Below are positions 11,641 through 22,942 of a stretch of DNA of 51,279 nucleotides, one piece after another. The stretch lies in NCBI RefSeq assembly GCF_004010195.1, contig NC_057753.1:4570900-4622178 (forward strand), in the 5' to 3' direction. A program made the position numbers and the translations under genes. The first letter of the stretch is position 1. Each line of letters opens with the position of its first letter. The notes beneath the pieces were generated by a model. The model had not been told where the DNA came from. It made no database searches and worked only from the letters and a program-made list of their open reading frames with translations. The DNA comes from Chiloscyllium plagiosum (taxonomy: Eukaryota).

Positions 11641-12309
11641 ACAAAATTTAAGTTGCCTTCAGGTTTAAAGTGGGTTTTGATTGCAGCGAAGTCAGCCTCT
11701 GAGCTGGTAGTTAAATCTCTACCATGTTAACCCCAAGCTAGAAACTGACCACATGGAGGGCAGGCAGAAGGAACATGTCTTGCTGATCATTAGTGTATCC
11801 ATGTCTGAATGCCAGCTTGAGTGTCTGTGCCACCTTGACTCCAATGTATCTTGAACAACTCTTAATGTTCAATTACATGTCATGAGTATCATTTTAAAAA
11901 CACTTTTTTTTTGTTCTGTCTGCACTTACAGGACACAGAATCTCTGCTGTTCAGTGGGTTTTGAACCCATTTCCCCAAAACACTAGCCTGTCTTGGGACG
12001 GTCAATCCTGTAGCATTACCAAACTGTCACCATCTCCCCATGAGCACTTCAAGGTATTGAGGCCCTCAGACCTCTAAGACTTGTGGGCAAGGGTTCACAA
12101 TAAGTGATGTCATGCCTAAGGACAATAAATAGGATCACTGTATCTGTCCTTGTGTGGACAACATCTCTATTCAGATTTGTTTAATGCCCAACCACCATTG
12201 TCATGAGATCATTGAGTCCCACTTAGATTCAGACCAAGTAAGACTGGAAGATTTAAAGGACAGTGGGCCAAATGGATGTATACGATAATTGGTTAAACAG
12301 TTAGTCAGC

Positions 12310-12775
12310 ACAGCACAGAAACAGACCCTTTGGTTCATGCCGACCAGATATCCCAACCCAATCTAGTCCCAACTGCCAGCACCCGGCCCATATCCCTCCA
12401 AACCCTTCCTATTCATATACCCATCCAGATGCCTCTTAAATGCTGCAATTGTACCAGCCTCCACCACTTCCTCTGGCAGCTCATTCCATACACGTACCAC
12501 CCTCTGTGTGGAAAAAGTTGCCCCTTAGGTCTCATCTTCCCCCCCCTCACCCTAAACCTATGCCCTCCAGTTCTGTACTCCCCACCCCAGGGAAAAGACT
12601 TTGCCTATTTACCCTATCCACACCCCTCATGACCTTATAAACCTCTAAGGTCTCCCCTAAGCCTCCGATGCTCCAGGGAAAACAGCCCCAGCCTGTTTAG
12701 CCTCTCCCTATAGCTCAAACCCTCCAACCCTGGCGACACACTTGTAAATCTTTTCTGAACTCTTAAGTTTGACAA
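12310..12775 (-). mobile_element. CR1 LINE 3' end
   Basis: Same sequence family as 6596-7052. Confidence 0.9.
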
Positions 12776-13482
12776 GTTTCATGACTAAGCTGTTTGATTC
12801 CCAGATCAGAAATGCAAATGTTGCTATCAGTTATCAGGATTTGATCCCATGTCCTTCAAAAGCCAAGCTTTTATTAGTCATGACATTATCACTGTAGCAT
12901 TACATCACCACATGGTAGGCAATGGGACCACTCCCATGATCCTCTATTCCCTTGGCTTTTAATAAAAGCCTGGCTTTGCTTTGAACATGTAATGACCCAG
13001 TCTCAACAGTTCTGTGGTAAAGAATTTGACAAACCCTGGGTGAAGATGTTCTCATCTGTCTGACCCCTTTTATTCTGAGATAATGTGCTCTGTCCCAGAC
13101 TCAATGGGGAAATGGTCTTCCCAGATTGTTGGAGACTTGACGTGGCCAATTTTTTTGCATGTTTAAAGGTTCCATCATTCTATACTCCAAGTACAGAGGT
13201 TCACCAGGATGTTGCCTGGTATGGAGGGCACTCTCTATGAAGAGGCTGTGTAGATTCTGATTACTTTCATCACAAAGCCAGAGGTTGAGGGGAGGCACCT
13301 GATTGAGGCCTACAAAATGAGTTAGGATGGATAGTAAGAAGTTTGTCAGGACAGCCTCCAGTCTGGACATCTTTGGCTTTTAAGGAGCTCCAATGTTCTG
13401 TATTCTATCCAATGTGTTACACAAGCAAACCTTTACTGAACACCTTTGTTTTGTTTCCCCCCCCCCTCTCTGGCACTCACAG

Positions 13483-13800
13483 GAGCAAAATGGCTTCCGA
13501 AATGACAAGATTGGAAAATGCTGGACAGTCCAAAGATGTTTTTAGCCAGTTGTGATCAGTTACTGATTCTCTTTCTCTTGCATTGCCTGACTAGTGTGGG
13601 GGGGGGGGGGAGAAACCCCCCTAACTTGTTACAGCATGCCTCTCCCTGACATTTTGCGCTCGAGCTCAAATTCAAATGGTTTGATGCTGATTCTGTTTCT
13701 CCTCTTCCATTTCCCCCCTCCCCTAAGTTGTTGTAAATTACCTACAAATTTAAATGTTTGGAATTATTTTTATATCAATAAAAGTTTGGCATTAGCTCTG
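13483..13800 (+). other. Probable terminal (3' UTR) exon of the TPX2-like gene
   Basis: Strong acceptor (ttgttttgtttccccccccctctctggcactcacag), non-repetitive sequence, AATAAA at 13777-13782 and a downstream GU/U-rich tract at about 13799-13818. Confidence 0.65.
13767..13782 (+). terminator. Polyadenylation hexamer AATAAA with an adjacent CPE-like TTTTTAT
   Basis: Sequence attatttttatatcaataaaag followed by tgtcctttgttgctttttg. Confidence 0.6.
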
Positions 13801-14902
13801 TCCTTTGTTGCTTTTTGACCAGAGAAACTTGGCCACTTGGAGCACAGTCTCCATTTTAAACACCAGCTCTGGGTGGCTGCAGTTACCAGCATTTCTTAGC
13901 CATGGGCTCCCCTTTCCACACTGACCTCCACTCTCACCCCAGTTGCTTTGTGCCAGTGAACACTAGTTGCCACAGACTCCGCCAACTCCATCACCCAGGG
14001 GATATGGGCATCTCTAACCTGCTCTGCCATGTAAATGCGGTTGGTGCACCTTGGTTTTTTTACTGCGCCCTTTAGCCTGTAAACACACTGAAGGTAGAAC
14101 ATTCCAGTGTAGTATCAGGGCCTTCAGGCCTCTGTTCACTGATGTGTGAAACCAATCTGAAGCCCGTCTAACCTACACTATGTCCATCCAATGACCGTGT
14201 AAATGCCCTTAAGGAATAGACTCACCAACTGTTGCAGGCAGTGAATTCCACACCCTACCACAAAGTAAAGAAACTACCTCTGACATCTATCCTATGTCTA
14301 TCAGCCCTCCAGTTAAATCTGTCCCCTCATGCTCACCATCTGAAAGCTCTCATTGTCCACCCTACCTAACACGGATTATCTTGTTTCAATTCGGTCACCT
14401 TTCAACATTCTCTCAAAACAACCTCGAGTCCCTCAGCCTTTCCTCGTAAGGCCTTCCCTTCACACCAGGCAACGTCCTAGTCAATCTACTCTGAACCCTT
14501 TCTAAAGCTTCAATGTCCTTCCTATGTGTGAATATTCAACGTTTTATCTTTAACTGCTTTGTCAGCATTTTACAGGCTCCCCATACAAGATGTGGAAATT
14601 CTCCTCCCCACCCTCAAATGGCTGACCCTGCATTCAGGGATTGCCCAGACTATGGATTTCCGCACTCAGAATAAACACATTAATGATCTGTCTAATGCTG
14701 ACAAAGGATTTGAAGTTGGAGGTATTGTCAATTCTTTAACTTGTGAATGGCCTGACAGAGAGGAAGGTTGAATCCACATGGGTGGAAATTAGAATTTCTA
14801 AGAGGGAAAAGTCACTGACCAGTGTAGTCTATAGGCCACCAAATATAAATTAGGGCAGTCGATAAACAAAAATAACTCATGCCTGTCAAAATGGTAAGGC
14901 TA

Positions 14903-15160
14903 TGGTACAGCAGCACAGTGGTTAGCACTGCTGCCTCACAGCACCAGGGTCCCAGGTTCGATTCTAGCCTCTGACTGTGGAGTTTGCACACTCTCCTGTG
15001 TCTGTGGGTTTCCTCCCACAATCCAAGGATGTGCAGGTCAGGGTGGATTGGCCATGCTAAATTGCCCCATAGTGTTAGGTGCATTAGTCTGGGAAATGGG
15101 TCACTGTGGACTTGTTAGGCCGAAGGGCCTGTTTCCACACTGTAGGGGGATCTAATCTAT
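14903..15160 (+). mobile_element. HE1-type V-SINE
   Basis: Head, V core and tail. Confidence 0.9.
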
Positions 15161-16537
15161 TGAGGGGGCAGATTTTAATCTGCATGTCAATCAGTCAAAC
15201 CAGCTCAGTCAGGGTAGCCTTGTGTATCTGCAATAGTTGAAGAGCTTGGGGAGGCGATAGCCTAGTGGTATTATCGCTAGACTGTTAACCCAGAGACCTA
15301 GGTAATGCTCTGTGGACTCAGGTTCAAGTCATGCCAGAGATTGTCTTCATACTCTGTGCATGTGTGTTGTATCTAGTAACTATAGGCGGTGAGTCTCACT
15401 TCTGTTGTGGGCAAAGTCTTAGAGAATTGTAAGGGATAGGATTTATGAACATCTGGATAGGAATAATGTGATCAAGGATAGTCAGCATGGTTTTGTGAAG
15501 GGCAGGTCGTGCCTCACAAACCTTATTGAATTCTTTGAAAAGGTGACGAAGGAGGTTGATGAGGGGAAAGCGGTAGATGTGGTATATATGGATTTTAGGA
15601 AGGCGTTTGATAAGAATGAGACAGGAATGATTAATGACCTTTGTTAGGGATCCTCTTGGAAGGAGTGACCAGAGTATGGTTTAATTTATGGCTGAATCCA
15701 CTTATGGGTTCTAGGACATCCAGCACCACCACCTCTGATACTCCTGCTGTGGTTGTAAAGACCCTATAGAACTGTAGTAAGCCCTTCCTGCTTATCTGCT
15801 CCAAGCCTCTGACATGCAGTGTACTGCCTTTACCACCTGCATCATTGGCTTGACCTGTTTACTGTTCACTGCAAATTCACCTTGAAGGTGGGAGCTGCAG
15901 ACTTGAACGGCTACAATTCTTGGCCCACTGGTTAGGGAGGGTCTCCTCCGACTTACCCAATGAAAGAATGTGGGTTTATCGCAGAGTCACAATGGTGACT
16001 GGCTTGGAGAACAGACAGGAAGATCCCACTATCTGCTGCCTGTCCTTTTTTTTTAGATAGCAGTTTGGAAGAGGTCAAAGGGGGTTTATGGTGGGTGCTG
16101 TGTAAGGAAGTGGCAGGGAATTATCCCCATCAGTTTGAGGGGGTCATGGGTCACAGGTGACCACTTTTCCATCTAGATGTTGGTGGAAATCTGGAACTGT
16201 CTATAAGTTTGATTTTAGAAGCTGAAATCCTCAATGTTGAAGAATTACTTAGATGTGCACTTCTGATTTCCCAAAAGCCAAACACTGGAAAATGGGATTA
16301 GAAGTTTGGTTTTGACCAGCAGGGATAATGGGCTGAAGGGCCTCCTGAGTCAAACCTGCAGCATAGGCAGCTCAGTGGTTAGCACTGTTCTCCGTATCAG
16401 GGACACCAGTTGAATTCCAGATTGATCTTCTCCCCACATGTGCACTGGCTTCCCTCTGGGTGCTCGAGTTTCCTTCCATAGTCCAAAGATATGCAGGCTG
16501 GGTGGATTCTAACCTTAGATAACCTTTGCTCACTAAG

Positions 16538-16705
16538 AGTGTGTGGTGCTGGAAAAGCGCAGCAGGTCAGGCAGCATCCAAGGAGCAGGAGAATCAATGT
16601 TTCGGGCATAAGCCCTTCTTCAGGAATGAAGGGCTGATGCCAAAGTGTCTATTCTCCTGCCCCTCAAATGCTGCCTGACCTGTGCTTTTCCAGCACCATG
16701 CTCTA
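16538..16705. mobile_element. Palindromic Penelope terminal-repeat derivative with a hammerhead core on the minus strand
   Basis: Inverted arms; minus strand reads CTGAAGA-AGGGCTTATGCCC-GAAAC. Confidence 0.75.
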
Positions 16706-16849
16706 CCCTGATCCACAATCCTCGCTTTCACCTTTTTTAACATTTGTTCACTATCCGCTATACCGCCACTCCTGGTGTCGTTCACACTTGGTAACCATGC
16801 TTTGTATATTCTCATTAAAATTATCTAAATTAGAGAATAGTGGACCCAG

Positions 16850-17850
16850 CAGTTGATCCTTGTTGAACATTGTGGTAATAGGTTTGGGGAAAGAAATACC
16901 GTCCATGGCTCTTGCTGTGAGGCCAGCTCCCCCTGAACCCCATGTGATCTAACTTTACTCATGAGACTGCCATGTGAACATTGTCAAAGATTTTTTTCTA
17001 AAAGTTAACATCTACCACTCTGCCCTCCCATCATGGTTACCTCCTCAAACTCCAAGTTTGACGGACTCTTTCCCTTCTACGAAAACCCCATTGACCAGCC
17101 CTAATTGTTCCTTGCCTCTCCCACTCTATCTTTGGCAGTGTTTAGGTTGTTGGGAGTGTTTTTTTTTTTAAAAAGACAGACACTCTGGTCTATCGTTCCC
17201 AGGCTGCTTTTTGCATCCCTTTTAAACAAAGGAACAAGATGAGCCGTTCTGTCCATTTGGCAATATTTCTGCAAGGGGCCCCCACAACCTTCTCTCTAAA
17301 CTCCCACAAAGCCCAGGGATTTGCTAGATTAGGTCCTTGGAGATTTATCCACCTTTTTATGTTGGGAGGCCTCCAGAACAATAACTTCTGTAATGTGAAC
17401 TCTTTCCAAAACTGAACATTTCCCTGGGTTCTCTAACCTCTGCTTCATTTCTCACCAGTTTTTAAAAAAAAAACTGCATTGAAGATCTCTTCCCATCTCC
17501 TGAAGTTTAACACAAGAACTTGTTGATCTTTAAGGGGCCCTGTTACTGCCAGTTGCTCTCAATGTACATAGAGAATCTCTTTGGATTATCCTTTAATCTT
17601 ATCTTTCAAGGCTATCTCCCATCCCTCTGCCTTCCCAATCTCCCTCTTAAGAATGCTCCTGTGTCAAAGTTTCTTTTGTTTTAATTCTTGACTAAAACTT
17701 CACATCCTTTGTTCCCTGATACTACCATCCTTGCCTTTCTAACAGGAGTGTGATGACTCTGAACACCTTTTTTTTCGGAAAGCCTCCTGCTTTAGCAAGT
17801 GCCCCTTTACCTGTGAACAGTCTACTCCAATCTACTTTTGAAAGCTAATG
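16850..17850 (-). mobile_element. Old, heavily deleted CR1 ORF2 remnant
   Basis: Colinear but decayed similarity to 28300-29400. Confidence 0.65.
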
Positions 17851-17964
17851 GGATGAAATAAGGAAATTTTCCCTACTCTAAATGCTGGACAAGCAGGAGG
17901 TTGGAGGAACACAGCAAGCCAAGCAGCATCCATTGTAACCCTTCAGAACCGACGAAGAGTTGAG

Positions 17965-18235
17965 TTAGTGGCTGTGGTTCGCACTTCTGCCTCACAGCAC
18001 CAGGGTCCCAAGTTTCATTCCAGCCTCGGGGCGACTGTCTGTGTGGAGTTTGCACATTCTCCCAGTGTCTGGGTTTTCTCCAGGTGTTCCGGTTTCCTCC
18101 CACCGTCCAAAGATGTGCAGTTCAGGTGAATTGGCCAGGCTAAATTGCACTTAGTGTTAGGTGCAGAGGGAACTGGGTCTGGGTGGGTTACTCTTCGGAG
18201 GATCTGTTTCCACACTGTAAGGGAATCTCATCTAC
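17965..18235 (+). mobile_element. HE1-type V-SINE
   Basis: Head, V core and tail. Confidence 0.88.
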
Positions 18236-18607
18236 ACCCAAAAGGTTGACTTCTGCACCTCGTGATGCTGCTTTGGTTTGCTGTGTCCAAGCCTACTGCT
18301 GGTCTACCCAACATCTGCTAGTGTATTACTGTCTCATACTCCAACTTAACTTTCAACTTTTATGAAAGGCTCATCTTTTTCCATAACAATTATAAGCAAA
18401 CAAAAAATTGATCACTTGATCCCAAGTGTTCCCTGACGATCATTTAAGTCCATTCCCTTTGCCTGATCTCCCAAAGGGCAGGTCAAGTTTCGTTCCTTCT
18501 CCTGTAGGCCAGACCACTCGAAACATCCTTCAGGAGGTGACTGAGCCCATAACTTTGCAAGTTGTTTTGGTAAGTGCACAGTGACAACTACCCAGAGTAA
18601 GTTGGAC

Positions 18608-19030
18608 TGGATTCCCTACAGTGTGGAAACAGGCCTTTCGCCCCAACAAGTCCATACTGACCCTCTGAAGAGCAACGCACCGTGATCCCTTCCCCTACCC
18701 TATTATCCTATATTTACCCCTGACTAATGTGGCTAACACTATGGACAATTTAGCACAGCTAATTCACCTGGCCTGCACATCTTTGGGTTGTGGGAGGAAA
18801 CCCATGCAGACACAGGGAGAATGTGCAAACTCCACACAGTTGCCAAGGGAGGGTGGGAATCTGATCTGGGTTCCTGGTGCTGTATCTTTGGGTTGTGGGA
18901 GGAAACCCATGCAGACACAGGGAGAATGTGCAAACTCCACACAGTTGCCAAGGGAGGGTGGGAATCGAATTCGGGTCCTTGTGCTGTGAGGCAGCAGTGC
19001 TAACCACTGAGCTACCGTGCTGCCCACCCC
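18608..19030 (-). mobile_element. HE1-type V-SINE with an internal 105-bp tandem duplication
   Basis: Repeat copies start at 18779 and 18884. Confidence 0.9.
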
Positions 19031-19349
19031 CCCAGCTAGGTTGACTACCAGGTTTTAAAACAGACAAATTTATTCACAAATGTTTACAACATGAAACACA
19101 CAGAACAGAATAAAGAACCCCTACAGAACTGTCTATCCAAATGAGACTTTATTATGCTGTTCTGAATAAATATAGCTGTCCCAATAAGCAAACCCCCTTA
19201 AACAGTAAAAATGGAACAGATGCTAACAGTTTGGAGTTAGAAGGGAAGAAGGGGAGAGAGAGTTTATCAACCTGTTTCCACATAGCTTACTGTTGAACTC
19301 CTAACTGGTTCTGGACTGAACTGCTCAGCGAGAGAGCTGACCACTCCCC

Positions 19350-19700
19350 TGGATTGGATACTCTGGAGGCAGGAAACATGTTTCCGCTGATGGGTGAGTG
19401 CCGAACCAGAGGACACAGCTTAAAAATACGGGGTAGGCCATTTAGGACAGAGATGAGGAGAAACTTCTTCACCCAGAGTGGTGGGTGTGTGGAATGCTCT
19501 GCCCCAGAGGGCAGTGGAGGCCCAGTCTCTGGATTCATTTAAGAAAGAGTTGGTTGGAGCTCTCAAGGATTGTGGAATCAAGGGTTATGGAGATAAGGCA
19601 GGAACAGGATACTGATTAGGAATGATCAGCCATGATCTTATTGAATGGTGGTGCAGACTCGAAGGGCAGAATGGCCTACTCCTGGACCTATTGTCTATTC
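19350..19700 (+). mobile_element. CR1 3' end (different subfamily)
   Basis: MFPLMGECRTRGHSLKIRGRPFRTEMRRNFFTQ. Confidence 0.9.
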
Positions 19701-19835
19701 TTCAGGTCACTTCTAAAACATGACCACTGTGGCCGGAAGTAAAAACAATGACCACAGATGCTGGAAACCAGATTCTGGATTAGTGGTGCTGGAAGAGCAC
19801 AGCAGTTCAGGCAGCATCCAAGGAGCAGCGAAATC

Positions 19836-19863
19836 GACATTTCGGGCAAAAGCCCTTCATCAG
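19836..19863 (-). ncRNA. Minimal hammerhead ribozyme core (Penelope family A)
   Basis: Minus strand CTGATGA-AGGGC-TTTT-GCCC-GAAAT-GTC; helix I and III are weak. Confidence 0.5.
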
Positions 19864-20160
19864 GCCTGAAGTCTCATCTGTTTACATATAAACACAAAAG
19901 CCTCTGTGTCCTTTTCCATCTCTCTACCAAACTAGTCTAATTGGATCCAAGAGAGTTTTATGACCCCTCTGGAAAAAAAACCAAGGACACCGTATCCTTG
20001 AGAAAAGGAACAGCTTTGTGACACTCATGAGAATATTTACAGGAACATATGATAAAGAAAATTTTATGTAATTTTAATATTGTAATACATCAATGATTTG
20101 GAAGCAAATGTAGGTTTGTAGGGAGGAAATCCTGAGAGACACGCATTTGGACAGGCAAGA

Positions 20161-20342
20161 ACCCTTTCTAGTTTCACAACATCTTTCCGATAAGAAGGAG
20201 ACCAGAACTGCATGCGATATTCCAACAGTGGCCTAACCAATGTCCTGTACAGCCGCAACATGACCTCCCAACTCCTGTACTCAATACTCTGACCAATAAA
20301 GGAAAGCATACCAAACGCCGCCTTCACTATCCTATCTACCTG
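20161..20342 (-). mobile_element. Internal CR1 RT fragment
   Basis: VDRIVKAAFGMLSFIGQSIEYRSWEVMLRLYRTLVRPLLEY. Confidence 0.9.
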
Positions 20343-20419
20343 GGTCCTAAAGGAGTCCCGTTCCAGGAGCAGCGATGCCCCAGGAGACCATGGCTCTGCT
20401 GCCGCTGCCTTGCCGATAC

Positions 20420-21013
20420 TACCAAGAGTCCAGGCTCCGGGCCTACTGCCACCACCAAGAGTCCAGGCTCTGGGCCTACTGCCACTGCCAAGCATCCAGG
20501 CTCTGGGCCTACCACCGCTGCCAAGAGTCCAGGCTCCGTGCCTACTGACATCGCCAAGAGTCCAGGCTCTGGGCCTACTGCCACCAACAAGATTCCGGGC
20601 TTACTGCTGCTGCCGCCAAGAGTCCAGGCTCCGAGCCTACCGCCGCCGTCAAGAGTCCAAGCTCCGGGCCTACTGCCGCCGCCCAGCGTCCAGGCTCCGG
20701 GCCTACTGCCGCCGCCAAGCATCCAAGCTCCGGGCCTACTGTCGTCGCCAAGCGTCCAAGCTCCGGGCCTACTGCCACCGCCAAGCGTCCAAGCTCCGGG
20801 CCTACTGCCGCTGCCAAGGACCCTGCTCCAGGCCTACTGACACCGCCAAGAGTCCAGGCTCCGCGCCTACTGACACCGTCAAGAGTTCAGGCTCTGGGCC
20901 TACTGCCACCGCCAAGAGTCCAGGCTCCAGGCCTACTTCCACCGCCAAACGTCCAGGCTCTCAGCCTACTGCCACCGCCAAGCATCCTGGCTCCAGGCCT
21001 ACTGCCACTGCCG
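20420..21013. repeat. GC-rich 33-bp minisatellite, about 18 copies
   Basis: Unit ccaagagtccaggctccgggcctactgccaccg; explains the overlapping repetitive ORFs. Confidence 0.95.
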
Positions 21014-21014
21014 A

Positions 21015-21960
21015 TTCTCGCCTTTAAACAACTGCCGAACCTTAAACAGACCATTGTTCGCAGCAAACTAGCCAGCCATCAGGTCAAATCGACCACAATA
21101 CCAGACAGTGCTGTCACGGCAACCACTGCAAGACCTGTCAGAGTGTCGACACAAATACCACCATTACACATGGGGACACATCCCACCGTGTACACGGCAG
21201 GTACTCATGTGACTCAGCCAACGTTGTCTATCCCATATGTTGCTGGCAAGGATGCCTCGTGGCAAGGTACATTGGTGAGACCGAGCAGATGCTACGGCAA
21301 CGGGTGAATGGACACCACGCAGGAATTGCCAGACAGGAGTGATCTTTCCCGGTCGGAGAACACTTCAGCGGTCTCGGACATTCAGCCTCGAGCCTTCGGG
21401 TGACTATCCTCCAAGGCGGACTGCGGGACAGACAACAACGCAGAGTGGCCGAGCAGAGGCTGATAGCCAAGTTTGGAACCCATAGGGAGGGCCTCAACCG
21501 GGACCTTTGCTTCATGTCACATTACAGGTGACCCCACTGCACTATACACTCTCTCTCACAAACACAGACACAAACACACACACATACATACTCACACATT
21601 TATGCATACACATGTTCTCAGACACACACATGAACACACCCCACACTCACACCCTCTCACAGGCTTATACTCTGTCACACTCACGCACACACCCTACCAA
21701 CCTTGCATACACATAAACACACACACACACACACAAAGTCTGTGGGGTGAATTTGCATTTGCCAAATTTTTTTTGCAGATACATTCCATTTTTGCTCGAA
21801 AAGCACAAACATTTTAACAATTCCTAGAACCAGGCTGACCCAAGGCTGGGAAACAGACAGACTCTGAACTGAGATGGCACTTTTTGTTTTGTAAAACCTT
21901 AAGTCATCCCGAGAATGTGACTTAAAAGAAACTCTGGGATTTAGCTATTTCTGAACCGAG
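21015..21960 (+). mobile_element. Penelope-like element: GIY-YIG endonuclease C-terminus and CA-rich 3' region
   Basis: LAFKQLPNLKQTIVRSKL...SANVVY...YIGETEQMLRQRVNGH...VGEHFS...EQRLIAKFGTHREGLNRD, with an in-frame stop. Confidence 0.88.
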
Positions 21961-22234
21961 CCGAAAAGTCTGGTGCTGGGAAAGCACAGCAGGTCAGGCA
22001 GCATCCGGGGGGGTGGGGGGCAGGAGAGTCCACATTTCGGGATGAGCACTTGCCCAGCAGTGCTCATTTCTCCTGTTAATGAACCGAAACCTGCAAATGA
22101 AAGACTCAAACTTATTGAGTCTTATTGCACGACGTTTGGCACAAAATTCCACGTCCCACAATCCTGCCCCAATCGGCGCTCTGAATTAAACCTGTTGCAC
22201 TTTAACCTGGTGGTGGGTGAAAGTATCATAAGAA

Positions 22235-22526
22235 TTGTGGAAGAAGGCCGTTCAGCCCATTGGGGGCACACTGACCAGACAGAGAGCATCCATCCAGACT
22301 GACCACCACAGGACAGTTCAGCGTGGCCAATCCACCCTAACCTGCACAGGGGGTGGCATGGCCTCAGGTAGCCTTACTAGCCCAACACTGGCTCCCCTGC
22401 TGTGCTGCATACACATCCCTGCGATGGTTTACCCCTAACCTGCGAGAGGACAGTCGCCCGAGACTGGGCTCGAACCCGGGTCCCTGGCATCGCCAGGCAG
22501 CAGCGCTAACCGGCTGAGCCACCGTG
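22235..22526 (-). mobile_element. Rearranged HE1-type SINE at the upstream edge of the CpG island
   Basis: Reverse-complement head (gctcgaacccgggtccctgg...gagccaccgtgc) and tail. Confidence 0.8.
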
Positions 22527-22723
22527 CGGACCCCACAGGCACACTCACACTCACCTCTGTATTGGTTGGGGGGGGGGATTGTATCCGCGAAGCCGCTTGG
22601 CCCCGCCCTCCTTCAGACGCCGCGCGGGGGGGGGGGCCCACCCCCTTCCTTCAGATTCGTCGGTTCTTGTCGATCCAAAGAAGGGGGGGGGGCGGAGCGA
22701 GAAAGAGAGCGCGCGGAGCCTCC

Positions 22724-22737
22724 GTTGCCATGACAAC
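22724..22737. promoter_or_regulatory. RFX X-box motif GTTGCCATGACAAC
   Basis: One mismatch from the palindromic X-box GTTGCCATGGCAAC, about 150 bp upstream of the ATG. Confidence 0.7.
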
Positions 22738-22884
22738 CACCGGCCCTTTGGAGGCGGGGAAAGAGGCCACCACCCGCGCAGGCGTAGACCGCCGGCGGTT
22801 CGTGAGCGAGCGGGCGCGCGGAGGGCAGCGCGCAGGCGCGGGGTGAGGCCCATTGTTGGACGTTGCCCGAGGAGGAGGAGGAGG

Positions 22885-22942
22885 ATGGCGGCGATGGCCG
22901 GGGCCGGGGCTCTGCTTCCTCCTCCCAGTCCCGCCGCGTCAG
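22885..22942 (+). CDS. First coding exon of an unidentified gene (MAAMAGAGALLPPPSPAAS)
   Basis: aggATGG Kozak context inside the CpG island, donor CAG|gtaact, phase 1. Confidence 0.75.

Noticed and set aside
20336..21027. Pro/Gly-rich repeat proteins
   Set aside because: Open in several frames on both strands because of a GC-rich 33-bp repeat; no splice or promoter support.
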